From contig OZ024753.1 of NCBI GenBank assembly GCA_964016885.1, positions 39,060,001-39,124,000 on the forward strand: 64,000 nucleotides of DNA, given 5' to 3'. Within the stretch, counting starts at the first letter, position 1; each line of letters starts with the position of its first letter. This document shows, piece after piece, positions 12,867 through 24,082 of the stretch. Position numbers and translations under genes: made by a program. The notes below the pieces were generated by a model. The model was not told the origin of the DNA and did no database searches. It saw nothing but the letters and a program-made list of their open reading frames with translations. The stretch is from Eledone cirrhosa (Eukaryota).

Positions 12867-15080
12867 ATGGAATTCTTTAAGATTACTTCCTCTCTAAAAG
12901 ACATACCTCTACCTAGAAACAAAGACTTTGTAAAACAACTAATAGATAAATCTGACTCTTTTATAAGGAGAATCAGGTGGCGTGCATTCCACTTTGATAA
13001 ATTTAATGCAGACGAAAATATCTCGGACTTAAACAAAGTTTTCAAATCTAAAAGAAATCCACCCCCTAACAAACTTTTATCTGACTTTGAAAACGATATA
13101 ATTTCTATCATACAAGGGGTCAAATTCAAGAGAAACTTTAAAGGCCAGGAATATCTGAAAGGCATTAAGGATAACATTGAGAGCTTAGAGAAAACTGAGA
13201 AGATCTTGGTGAAATCTGACAAGACCAACAACCTCTATGGAGTGCAGAAAGACATGTATAATGGCCTCATACTGAAAGAGCTGAGGAAAAAATACAAGGT
13301 AGCAGATAAGACCGAACTTGTGAAAATGAATGTTGAAGCATCTTGTATAATGCATGAGTTGGAAATTGAGAACAGAACACAACCTTTTGTGCCCAGGAAA
13401 CCGAAGATCAATATGAAGGACCACAAGAGGAATTTTGAGATTGACCTGCCAGTTAGATTAATCGCACCTTCAAAATCGGACCTGGGCAAATTAAGCAAAA
13501 ACATTCTTGACAGGGTGATACTGCAAATTAAGAACTTGGATTATGTATCTAACCTGAGCTTGTGGAAGGGAACCGGAGAGGTTGTTGAGTGGTTTAGGCA
13601 AATTAAATATGACAATAATAATAGGTTTATTCAACTTGATATAGCTAACTATTATTCTTCTATTACCCCTAGTCTACTAAATAAGGCACTAAATTACGCA
13701 TTCAAACATACGGACCTAACTAGCAAAGAAATGCATATTATATTATCGGCTAGGAAAACTTTGATAGAATTTGATGACAAATTATGGACCAGAGCAGATA
13801 GAGATAGCAATTTTGACATAACTATGGGATCTTCCGACTCAGCTCAAGTAACTGACCTTGTGGGCTTATTTTTAATCAATTCGCTACATAGGAAAATACC
13901 TGGTACTACCGGAGGTTTATATAGGGATGACATGCTTTTACTCATTAATAATAATAACCCTGAACTAAATAGAAAATGTAAACAAATTACAAAATTTTTT
14001 AATTACTTTAACCTTAAAATAGAAATTGAGAACAACCATAGAATAGTCAATTTCCTAGATATAACATTAAATCTCAACACATGTCTCCACTATCCTTTTC
14101 ACAAGTTGAATGAAAACTTAAACTATGTCAATTTTAACTCTAACCACCCCAGATCTGTCAAAAACACTATAGTAAACTCAGTCCAAAAGCGTATCTCTAG
14201 GATCTCGTCGAATAGAAAGATTTTTGACGAAAAGGCCCAATACTATAATGATGCACTAGCTAGGGCAGGGTATGCTGATAAGATTGTGTACATAGATAAT
14301 GATAAACAAACTAAACAAAGTAACAACTTTTTTAATTATGGCAACAACATTAACAACTATAATAGAAAGCATTACAATAATTCCAAAGGACAAAAAAGAA
14401 ATAGAACTAGGAACATAATTTGGTTTGCCCCCCCTTTCTCACTAAACATTAAAACCCACATCGCTAAATTATTTTTCAAAGCTCTTGATAATCGCTTCCC
14501 TAGAACACATAGGTACCACTCAATCTTCAATAGGCATACAATTAAATTAACCTATTCATCCACCAAAAATTTAGCACAAAATATTAATAGAATAAATAAT
14601 AGGAACTTAAAAACTACTGATAATAGCATAAATAATATACAAGTTAACAAATGCAACTGTAGAGATAGATCTAAATGTCCGTTAAATAACAACTGCTTAG
14701 TTAAAAATATAGTATACAATTGTAATGTTAATACTGACTCTAATTCTTTTAACTACGTCGGTTCCACATCGACGGAATTTAAACTTCGCTATAATAACCA
14801 CAAGAATTCTTTCACAGATCCAAATAAAAAATCTTCAACGGCACTATCAGGTGTACTCTGGCAACTTAAGCTAGATAACGTTAGATATTCGACGGCTTGG
14901 AATATAGTCTCAAGAGGGATTCCTTTTAATTCATCCTCTGAGACATGTGACCTCTGCGCAGAGGAGATATTCTTTATACTAAAATCTAAAAATTCCCTTA
15001 ACCTACGGACAAATTTATTCAGTTGTTGCAAACATAGATTAAACTCAACGTTTAAATATAAATTTAAATTTAAAATGTAG
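12867..15080 (+). CDS. Penelope-like element protein: reverse transcriptase + C-terminal GIY-YIG endonuclease (probably Naiad clade)
   Basis: 737 aa uninterrupted. PLE RT motifs: SDKTNN, LDIANYYSSI, FDITMGSSDSAQVTDLVG, GLYRDD, NFLDITL, YVNFNSNHP. Cys linker CNCRxxxxCPLxxxC. GIY-YIG variant NIVY...YVGST..FKLRYNNH; CDLC; terminal CCKH. Clade call is from recalled motif style, not a phylogeny. Confidence 0.95.
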   Translation: MEFFKITSSLKDIPLPRNKDFVKQLIDKSDSFIRRIRWRAFHFDKFNADENISDLNKVFKSKRNPPPNKLLSDFENDIISIIQGVKFKRNFKGQEYLKGIKDNIESLEKTEKILVKSDKTNNLYGVQKDMYNGLILKELRKKYKVADKTELVKMNVEASCIMHELEIENRTQPFVPRKPKINMKDHKRNFEIDLPVRLIAPSKSDLGKLSKNILDRVILQIKNLDYVSNLSLWKGTGEVVEWFRQIKYDNNNRFIQLDIANYYSSITPSLLNKALNYAFKHTDLTSKEMHIILSARKTLIEFDDKLWTRADRDSNFDITMGSSDSAQVTDLVGLFLINSLHRKIPGTTGGLYRDDMLLLINNNNPELNRKCKQITKFFNYFNLKIEIENNHRIVNFLDITLNLNTCLHYPFHKLNENLNYVNFNSNHPRSVKNTIVNSVQKRISRISSNRKIFDEKAQYYNDALARAGYADKIVYIDNDKQTKQSNNFFNYGNNINNYNRKHYNNSKGQKRNRTRNIIWFAPPFSLNIKTHIAKLFFKALDNRFPRTHRYHSIFNRHTIKLTYSSTKNLAQNINRINNRNLKTTDNSINNIQVNKCNCRDRSKCPLNNNCLVKNIVYNCNVNTDSNSFNYVGSTSTEFKLRYNNHKNSFTDPNKKSSTALSGVLWQLKLDNVRYSTAWNIVSRGIPFNSSSETCDLCAEEIFFILKSKNSLNLRTNLFSCCKHRLNSTFKYKFKFKM

Positions 15081-15342
15081 TATATTTAGTTTGATTTATA
15101 TTTATATGAGAACTAGCCGATAAATCTTTTGATTCCTAAATCTTTGATTCCCTCTTTTTACTGTTTATTTTATTGTATTTATTTTTATTTTTATTTTTTA
15201 TTTTTATTTTTATCTAAACATTCCTCATGAAAAATTAAGCTACCCTAAAAGCCGATGCTCCAAATTTTATGAATTAACCTTACACTTGATAAACTTATAT
15301 ATTAAATATAGGAACATATGTAGACATTATTGGACATCATAA

Positions 15343-15377
<35 letters not shown>

Positions 15378-16237
15378 GATATTCCTTGCTAGATGTGATT
15401 TGATAGATAATTTTTGGCTTTGTCTTGTAGTGAACTTGGCAATATATTGTCAATTAACCTTGAAGGGTTGTTCTTTGTGGTTTATTTTTTATTTTTATTT
15501 TTATTTTTATTTTTATTTTTATTTTTATTTTTATTTTTATTTTTATTCTTTTAGTATTGTAGTATTCTATAATATTTTTATATTTTTATTTTTTATTTTT
15601 TATTTTATTTTATTTTTATTTTTAATATTTTTATTTTTATTTTTATTATTTTATTTTTAATATTTTTATATGTAAAGTTTTAATACGTAATAATTTTAAA
15701 ACATAGTATTTTTAATATGCAATATTTTTATTATGTAATATTCTTTCGTAATATTCTTTTTTAGTTTTCTATTCTATATTTTTATATTTTTATATATTTT
15801 TACTTATTATCATTATTATTGTTATCTCTGCTTATAATATAATATATATTTTCGATTAGTATATTGAAATCTGCTCTCTATTTCTGCTTGATAGATAATC
15901 TTGTAGAGTAATAGCAAGAATAATAATACGCTCAAATGTTTATACCACATTGAGAATGTTTTCCGGTAACTTTGAATTTGCGGAGTGAATCAGTTGGATT
16001 CACATAGACATATGAATTTTTTAAAAAACTAAACATAAGATAATGAATTTTCACGCATTGTGAATACTTGTTTCATTCAGGAATACTGATATTTACAATG
16101 TAGTGTAAGTTTTATAAATACTAATACATTAAAACATAGGATTTTCTACGCCTCGAATATGTCTGGCTATTTTTAAATTTTTCTCTCTCTATATCTCTCT
16201 ATATCTCTCTATATCTCCCTTACATTAATACTTGAGC

Positions 16238-16272
<35 letters not shown>

Positions 16273-16323
16273 ATGCATCATTGATACACTTACTCAAAAT
16301 GACCTCCCACTACCTAATTTTTC

Positions 16324-16829
16324 TATATCTATATTTATATATGTATCTATCTCTATTTCCTCTCTCTATATATATATATATATCTCTTTCGGTCTCTTTA
16401 CATGAAGCTCTTCGCTTTATCTATTTTTCCATCTCTCTATTTTGTCCCATGCATTTCTTCTTTTTCTTCTTTTTCTTCCTTTTCTTCGTTTCGTCTTTCT
16501 TTCTTTCTTATTTCCCTCTTTTCTCTCTCTCTTTCTTTCTCTCTGTATTTTCACTGCTAGAGTGAACCTCTTCAAATGAAGTTGATGTTTATTACGGTAT
16601 GTCGAATATATTTATCTATAAAACTGTTTATATTGTATTTTGTCTGATGAAGGCATAGCATATTGTTAATATGATATCCCCGAAATATATATAATGAAAT
16701 AAATATGGTTTTATAAATATAGTTTTCCATTTATTTAATATTGTAAATATACTCCAAGTATTTGTCGAGTGCTTTTATATCAGTTATAAATATTTACTAG
16801 TTGTAACCCAACAATTTTAAATATAACTT

Positions 16830-16838
<9 letters not shown>
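16324..16838 (+). repeat. 3' pseudo-LTR
   Basis: Direct repeat of 12310-12824; ends ACATGTA running into (TA)n. Confidence 0.92.
16636..16701 (+). ncRNA. Type I hammerhead ribozyme in 3' pseudo-LTR
   Basis: Same sequence as the 5' copy; CTGATGA at 16644, predicted cleavage after 16693. Confidence 0.8.
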
Positions 16839-16920
<82 letters not shown>

Positions 16921-16923
<3 letters not shown>

Positions 16924-17116
16924 ACAAAGGAATTGTGGTAAGGGACCCGATGGACCATAACGCAAAAGAGTACTCAATACTTAGGGTAGTCGAGTAGGAA
17001 ATAGGAAAAACTATGACCCCGACGGCAGAGCTCAAGCCGTTTCGACGGCTATTTCTGAGTCCAGAAATAGCCGTCGAAACGGCTTGAGCTCTGCCGTTGG
17101 GGGCATACTTTTTCAT
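16921..17116. mobile_element. Asymmetric palindromic mini-element, family B
   Basis: CCCCGACGGCAGAGCTCAAGCCGTTTCGACGGCTATTTCTG inverted around ~17058; between (TA)n tracts; other copies at 6571, 23827, 29936, 35271, 37906, 46918, 59880. Confidence 0.8.
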
Positions 17117-17117
17117 A

Positions 17118-17314
<197 letters not shown>

Positions 17315-17484
17315 GATATATATATATACATATATTTATATTTATATACACATATATATATATGTATATATATATCTATATATATGTGTATATATATATA
17401 AATATATATGTATATATATATATCTATATATATATACATATATATAAATATAATGTGTAATATATATACATATATATAAATATA

Positions 17485-17521
<37 letters not shown>

Positions 17522-17565
17522 TATAAATATATATGTATATATATATATATTTATAAATGAGTATG

Positions 17566-17599
<34 letters not shown>

Positions 17600-18039
17600 C
17601 ATACACATACACACACACACGTACACACACAGTGTAGGCAGTGGTGGTGGTGGTACTGGTAATAGTGGTGGTGGTGGTGGTGGTAATAGCGGTGGTGGTG
17701 GTGGTGGTAATAGGAATAATAGTGTAGGCAGTGGTGGTGGGGGGGGGGGGTAGTACCGGTAATAGTGGTGGTGGTGGTGGTGGTGGTGGTGGTGGTGGTA
17801 ATAGTGGTGGTGGTGGTGGTGGTGGTGGTTGTGGTAATAGTGGTGGTGCTGGAGTTATCTTCTCTTCAGCAAAGTAGTATTTAGCGTACCGCTTTAAATG
17901 CAATACCATTTGATGAAATTATTTATTTTTCGCGAATTACTGAATTAATTTAGCAGCTAATCAAGTCAATTTGATAAGTGACCTATCGTGTGACTGTGTT
18001 CCGACTAACACATACCCTCGGGAGACTATTCATCGACTT

Positions 18040-18630
18040 ATTAGCTGGTGGTGGCGGGGGGAGGCACTGCCACAACGGTTTGTGGTAGTAGTGTGGTGGT
18101 GTCGGTGGTAGTAGTGTGGTGGTGGTGGTAGTGGAGGTGGTGGGGGAGGCACTGCCACAACGGTTTGTGGTAGTGGTGGTGGTGTTGATAGTAGTAGTGT
18201 GGTGGTGGTGGTGGTGTGTGTGTGGGGGGGAGGGGGGAGGGGGGGGGGGGGGCACTGCTAAAACGGTTTGTGGTAGTAGTGGTGGTGTCGGTGGTAGTAG
18301 TGTGGTAGTAGTGGTGGTGTCGGTGGTAGTAGTGTGGTGGTGGTGGTGGTGGAGGCACTGCCACAACGGTTTGTGGTGGTGGAGGCATTGCCACAACGGT
18401 TTGTGGTAGTGGTGGTGGTGTCGGTGGTAGTAGTGTTGTGGTGGTGGTGGTGGTGGTGGTGTGTGTGTGTGGGGGGGACACTGCTACAACGGTTTATGGT
18501 AGTGGTGGTGGTGGTGGGGGGTGGGGGGGGGGGGCACTGCTACAACGGTTTGTGGAAGTGGTGTTGGTAGTAGTAGTGTGGTGGTGGTGGTGGTGGTGGA
18601 GGCACTGCTACAACGGTTTGTGGTAGTGGT
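18040..18630. repeat. (GGT)n-derived minisatellite
   Basis: ~8 variably spaced copies of GGCACTGCYACAACGGTTTGTGG among GGT runs. Confidence 0.85.
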
Positions 18631-19109
18631 GGTGGTGATGGTGCTAGTGGTGGTGTTGGTGTTGATGTTGTTGTTGCTGTTGTTCGTGGTGGTGGTGGTG
18701 GGACGGAGACACACCGTTTTGATGATATGAGCGCTGAGAGTAGTTTTGCTCGCGCGAGCCTCACAGCCGACAGTCACGGCAGAGGAGCGGTGTGGAGGGG
18801 TGTGGGGGGTGTGGAGGCGTGTGGAGGGGTGTGGAGGGGGCGTGGACGTGTGTGGAGCGGCGTGGAGTGGTGTGGGGTGTGGAGGAGTTTGGAAGCGTGT
18901 GGAGGGGTGTGGAGGGATGTGGAGATGTGTGGAGGAGTGTGGAGGGATGTGGAGGGGTGTGGGGGAGTGTGGAGGGATGTGTTAGTCTGACGGGTGGCTA
19001 GGGATGTAACTCAAAGATTAGCAAATAGTTAGAAGCTGGGGTATGGGAGGGTAGATGGAGATAGTGTGAAATGACTGAGGTGTGTGTGTGTGTGGGGGGG
19101 GGTATTTCT

Positions 19110-20066
19110 ACTGATGGTAATTAGGAGTTTGGTATTGGTATTGCTGGTGATGATTGTAGTGTTTGTGGTGCTGATGGTGATGGTGGTGATGGTGGTGGTG
19201 GTCGTATTGGTGGTGGTGGCATTGGAGGTGGTGGTGGTGGTGGTGATGGTGGTCGTATTGGTGGTGGTGGCATTGGAGGTGGTGGTGGTGGTGGTGGTGG
19301 TGATGGTGGTGGTGATGGTGGTCGTATTGGTGGTGGTGGCATTGGAGGTGGTGGTGGTGGTGCTGGTGGTGGTGGTGGTGGTCGTATTCGTGGTGGTGGC
19401 GGTTGTAGTGTTTGTGGTGTTGGTGGTGCTGGTGATGGTGGTGGTGATGTTGTTAGTATTGCTGGTGGTGGCATTGGAGGTGGTGGCGGTGGTGGTGATG
19501 GTGGTCATATTACTGATGGTGGCATTGGAGGTGGTGGTGCTGGTGGTCATATTGCTGGTGGTGGCATTGGAGGTGGTGGTGGTGGTGCTGGTGGTTATGG
19601 TTATGGTGGTGGTGATGGTGGTGGTGATGGTGGTCATATTGCTGGTGGTGGCATTGGAGGTGGTGGTGGTGGTGGTCGTCGTATTGGTGGTGGTGGTGGC
19701 GGTTGTAGTGTTTGTGGTGCTGGTGGTACTGGTGATGGTGGTTGTGATGTTGTTAGTATTGCTGGTGGTGGCATTGGAGGTGGTGGTGGTGGTGGTGATG
19801 ATGGTGGCGGTGGTGGCGTTCTGCTGATGGTGGTGCTGCTGCTAATTGTGCTGCTGATGGTGCTAGTGGTATTGCTGGTGGTGCTGGTGGTGATGGTGAT
19901 GCTGGTGGTGTCGGTTATGGTGATGGTGTTAGTGGTCTTGGTGGAGGTAATGTTGTTGGTGATTGTGATGGTGTTGCTTGGGGTGGTGACGGGGATGGTG
20001 ATGGTGTTAGTGGTGGTGCTAATTGTGCAGCAGATGGTAGTGGTGGTGCTGGTGGTGGTGGTGGAC
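19110..20066. repeat. Degenerate (GGT)n trinucleotide minisatellite
   Basis: Recurring GGTGGTGGCATTGGAGGTGG and GGTCGTATTGG units. Confidence 0.85.
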
Positions 20067-20206
20067 TGCATTGCTGTTCCTACATCTGGAGTATTTGCTG
20101 CATTTAATGACAGGAAAGAAAGAATTTAGCTGTGTTTTTATGGCGACAAATTTGCTGTTAATGTTGTTGTTAGAATTAGTGGTTTTGGTTGAGTGGAGAC
20201 GATTAT

Positions 20207-20278
<72 letters not shown>

Positions 20279-20495
20279 CAGAGAGAGGGATAGAAAGGCA
20301 GAGAGAGGGATAGAGGGAAAGAAAGAGAGAAAGGGATGGATGGAGAGAGAGGGGGAGAGGGCGAGAGAGCTAGAGAGAGAGAGAAACAAAGAGAGAGACA
20401 GAGTCAGAGACACAAAGAAAGAGGGAATGAGAAAGAGAGATAGAGAGAGAGAAAGAGATATAGAGAGAGTGAGAGAGAGAGGGATAGAGAAACAG

Positions 20496-20528
<33 letters not shown>

Positions 20529-21327
20529 CAGAGAGAGTTGTTTGCCTGTAATATCAACATGGAAGACATAAACGGTTAATTTTTGTATGATTTTATTTTC
20601 GTCATGTATTTTTTTGGCAATTTTCTCCCCTACATTATTTCCCTTTTATTTTATATATCTTTATATCCCCTTTACTAAACCACGGGGTATAAAAGTGTCG
20701 ACAGTTTACAGCCTGTGGTTTACAAATACCAAATGATCCTTATGTTTTTAGATCAGCAACTTTATTCACTTAACAAACAATTTCGTTGACATTAACGATA
20801 TCAACCTTTTCAGAAGTATTTTGTTAGTATAAAATTGCTTTGTATGCTTATATAATCATTATTAGTAAATAGCTGTGATAAAATACTCATTCTATGTAAG
20901 TATTGTACAAGATTAACATTCGTTTTTTCTTTATATTTACCTCTTTACATGTTATTTTCTATGCTTTTGTTATAGCTATTATTATTGTTTTTATAGAAGA
21001 GAAGCTTAATAGCTTTGTTTATTATTAAAACAAAAATGTCTGTATTATTAGGAACATATTATTTGAGTTAACAACTTCTCGTGATATTTTGTTCTCGCGA
21101 AATCTTATATCTGATGTGAATGTTGCTACAATATAAACTGGTAAACGCTATAATTTCAGACAATTATGTACATTTGTAAACAAAGGATCGGAATAACTGC
21201 CGCATAATTTTTGATGTACATGATATACATCCATACATACTATACATGCACAGATATACATACATATATAGCTATATATATATATATATACATGCAGGCG
21301 TACGTACGCATATATATATATATATAT

Positions 21328-21797
21328 ACATGCAAAAGTTTTATTTACAATTGTTGGGTTACAACAAGTAAATATTTTATAACCGATATAAAGCACTCGA
21401 CAAGTTTTTGGAGTAGATATACGATAGTAAACAAATGGAAACTATATTTATAAAACCATATTTATTTCATTATACTTATTTCAGGGATACCATATTAAAA
21501 ATATGGCATGCCTTCGTCAGATAAAATACAATATATAAACTGTTTTATAAATAATTTTGACGTACCATAAATATAAGCCACCATTAAGGTAGGAAGCTCT
21601 AATAAGACTACCAAGCCAGCTTCCTACCTTAATGGTGGCTTATATTTATGGTACGTCAAAATTATTTATAAATCAGTTTATATATTGTATTTTATCTGAC
21701 GAAGGCATGCCATATTTTTAATATGGTATCCCTGAAATAAGTATAATGAAATAAATATGGTTTTATAAATATAGTTTCCATTTGTTTACTATCGTAT
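21328..21797. mobile_element. Palindromic family A mini-element, HHR on both strands
   Basis: ~180-bp arms (21419-21797, centre ~21608); left arm carries the full pseudo-LTR-like 3' end; clear homology to 12580-12824. Confidence 0.88.
21688..21753 (+). ncRNA. Type I hammerhead ribozyme, CUGACGA variant (mirror copy ~21462-21528 minus)
   Basis: TATTTTAT-CTGACGA-AGGCATGCCATATT-TTT-AATATGGTATCCCT-GAAA-TAAGTA-TA-ATGAAATA. Confidence 0.75.
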
Positions 21798-22100
21798 ATA
21801 TATATATATATATATGCAGGCGTACGCACGTATATATATAAATAAGTTAATTTAAAAAAAAAATTTTTTTTTAAAATTTTCTTATTTTACGTCTTTTATA
21901 TTATTGTTCTGCATTCTCCTGCATCGAACCACCTAGGTACTATGACATAACCTGTGTATTTGCTGGCATTGGCGTACATCTGTGCGCTTATGTTAGTAGA
22001 TATATTAAATTATCTCTCTATATATATATATATATATATATAAAAAAAAATATATATATATAATAAATATATATATATATATAAATATATATATATATAA

Positions 22101-22194
<94 letters not shown>

Positions 22195-22342
22195 CGGTTA
22201 AAATACTGGAGTGTGTTAGAGTTAAATACCCTCTTCGTATTATAGAAATGACAGTAAAAGGTATAGCTCAATGTAGTTAAACAGAGCCGAAAAATTAAGA
22301 GAGTAAAGCAAAGAAGCCTTCAATACATCAAAAGTCTTTATT

Positions 22343-22382
22343 AGCCGACAATGTTTCGTCCTATTAAGGACTCATCAGGGCA
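22343..22382 (-). ncRNA. Minimal type I hammerhead ribozyme
   Basis: Minus strand GCC-CTGATGA-GTCC-TTAATA-GGAC-GAAA-CATTG-TC-GGC: canonical core, G10.1-C11.1, GUC cleavage triplet. Confidence 0.88.
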
Positions 22383-22771
22383 ATCAAAACAACAAGAAGT
22401 AATATCGGCAGATACAAGCCGGAAGCTCCGAAGAATATGGAGTGTACATACACTGGAGTATTACAAAAATATATAATAAAAATATATGATAAAAATATAT
22501 GATAAAAAATTACTAAGGATGTATATAACACTAAGAACCATATTACAAATATAGTCCAAAGCAAAAACTAGAGCTAAACAAAAACTTTTTGCTTTGGACT
22601 ATATTTGTAATATGGTTCTTAGTGTTATATACATCCTTAGTAATTTTTTATCATATATTTTTATCATATATTTTTATTATATATTTTTGTAATACTCCAG
22701 TGTATGTACACTCCATATTCTCCGGAGCTTCCGGCTTGTATCTGCCGATATTACTTCTTGTTGTTTTGATT

Positions 22772-22808
22772 GCCCTGATGAGTCCTTAATAGACGAAACA
22801 TTGTCGGC
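22772..22808 (+). ncRNA. Minimal type I hammerhead ribozyme (mirror copy, one G deleted in stem II)
   Basis: GCC-CTGATGA-GTC-CTTAATA-GAC-GAAA-CATTG-TC-GGC. Confidence 0.82.
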
Positions 22809-22852
22809 TCATAAAGACTTTTGATGTATTGAGGCTTCTTTGTTTTACTCTC

Positions 22853-22922
<70 letters not shown>

Positions 22923-23121
22923 CATATATATATATACATATATATATATATACATATATATATACATATATATATACATATATATATACATATATACATA
23001 TATACATATATATATACATATATATATATACATATATACATATATACATATATACATATACACATATATATATATACATATATATATATACATATATATA
23101 TACATATATACATATATATAC

Positions 23122-23154
<33 letters not shown>

Positions 23155-23185
23155 ACATATATATATATACACATATATATATATA

Positions 23186-23250
<65 letters not shown>

Positions 23251-23501
23251 ATTTAGGAAGTGAACAACACAATATATAACTAACTCCATTACCAAGGTTT
23301 CAGGGTACCAGACAATATTAACAAACGTCACAGATGGCTGTCACCGAAATATATATACCAGTATATCTATAATTTATAATAAACGAGCCAAATTTTATAT
23401 ATTTGACTTAATTATTTTACATTACTCCGGAGTAAAGATTGATTTCAATCTGCGTGTGCTCCAATCTACATATTGAGGTGTCGGTAAACAAACAACATAT
23501 A

Positions 23502-23652
<151 letters not shown>

Positions 23653-23653
23653 T

Positions 23654-23803
23654 TTTGTTTCATTCAGATGAAATCTTCAGGAAGCTTCCTGAATGAAACA
23701 GTACTAGTCCTGTAGAAGCTCCTTCTATAAAATAAAAAATGTTTACTCTGCCATGTATTGAGTACCTTACTTACTGTGGTTATCCCGACTCAACCCGGGA
23801 CCT
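23654..23803. mobile_element. Family D mini-element (rearranged HHR halves)
   Basis: Minus CTGAAGA-TTTC-ATCT-GAAT-GAAAC joined to plus GAATGAAACAGTACTAGTCCTGTAGAAGCTC...GTATTGAGTACC...CAACCCGG; homologous to 51433-51629. Confidence 0.7.
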
Positions 23804-23826
23804 ACGTATATATATATATATATATA

Positions 23827-24035
23827 TAACGAAGGAAGTTTGATAAGGAACCAGGTGAACCATCACGCACCAGAGTATTCAATACTTTGGGTAGTAGAGT
23901 GGGTAATAGGAAAATGTTCAAGACCCCGACGGCAGAGGTCTGGACGGAATAGTCCTGAAATAGCCGTCCAGAAATATAGACCAGAAATAGCCGTCGAAAC
24001 GGTTTGAGCTCTGCCGCTGGGGTCTTGAACATTTT

Positions 24036-24039
<4 letters not shown>
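23827..24039. mobile_element. Family B mini-element
   Basis: Homologous to 16921-17116; inverted arms AGGAAAATGTTCAAGACCCC / GGGGTCTTGAACATTTTCCT. Confidence 0.8.

Positions 24040-24075
<36 letters not shown>

Positions 24076-24082
<7 letters not shown>

Larger units (their letters stand above)
12310..16838 (+). mobile_element. Full-length Penelope-like retroelement with direct pseudo-LTRs, inserted in (TA)n
   Basis: Intact RT+GIY-YIG ORF between two ~515-bp direct repeats offset by 4014 bp; (TA)n on both sides. Confidence 0.95.
22192..22857. mobile_element. Palindromic mini-element, family C, with canonical HHR on both strands
   Basis: ~270-bp near-perfect arms (22294-22857, centre ~22577) plus ~100-nt left extension; between (TA)n tracts. 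Confidence 0.88.

Noticed and set aside
15225-15275. Possible SECIS in the PLE 3' UTR (some Naiad PLEs encode selenoproteins)
   Set aside because: The ORF has no in-frame TGA and ends in TAG; the ATGA...AAAA...TGA hairpin fits SECIS geometry poorly.
19029-20129. Mucin- or extensin-like ORFs (also 55434-56300)
   Set aside because: (GGT/CCA)n repeats open in nearly all frames on both strands; no splice or domain evidence.
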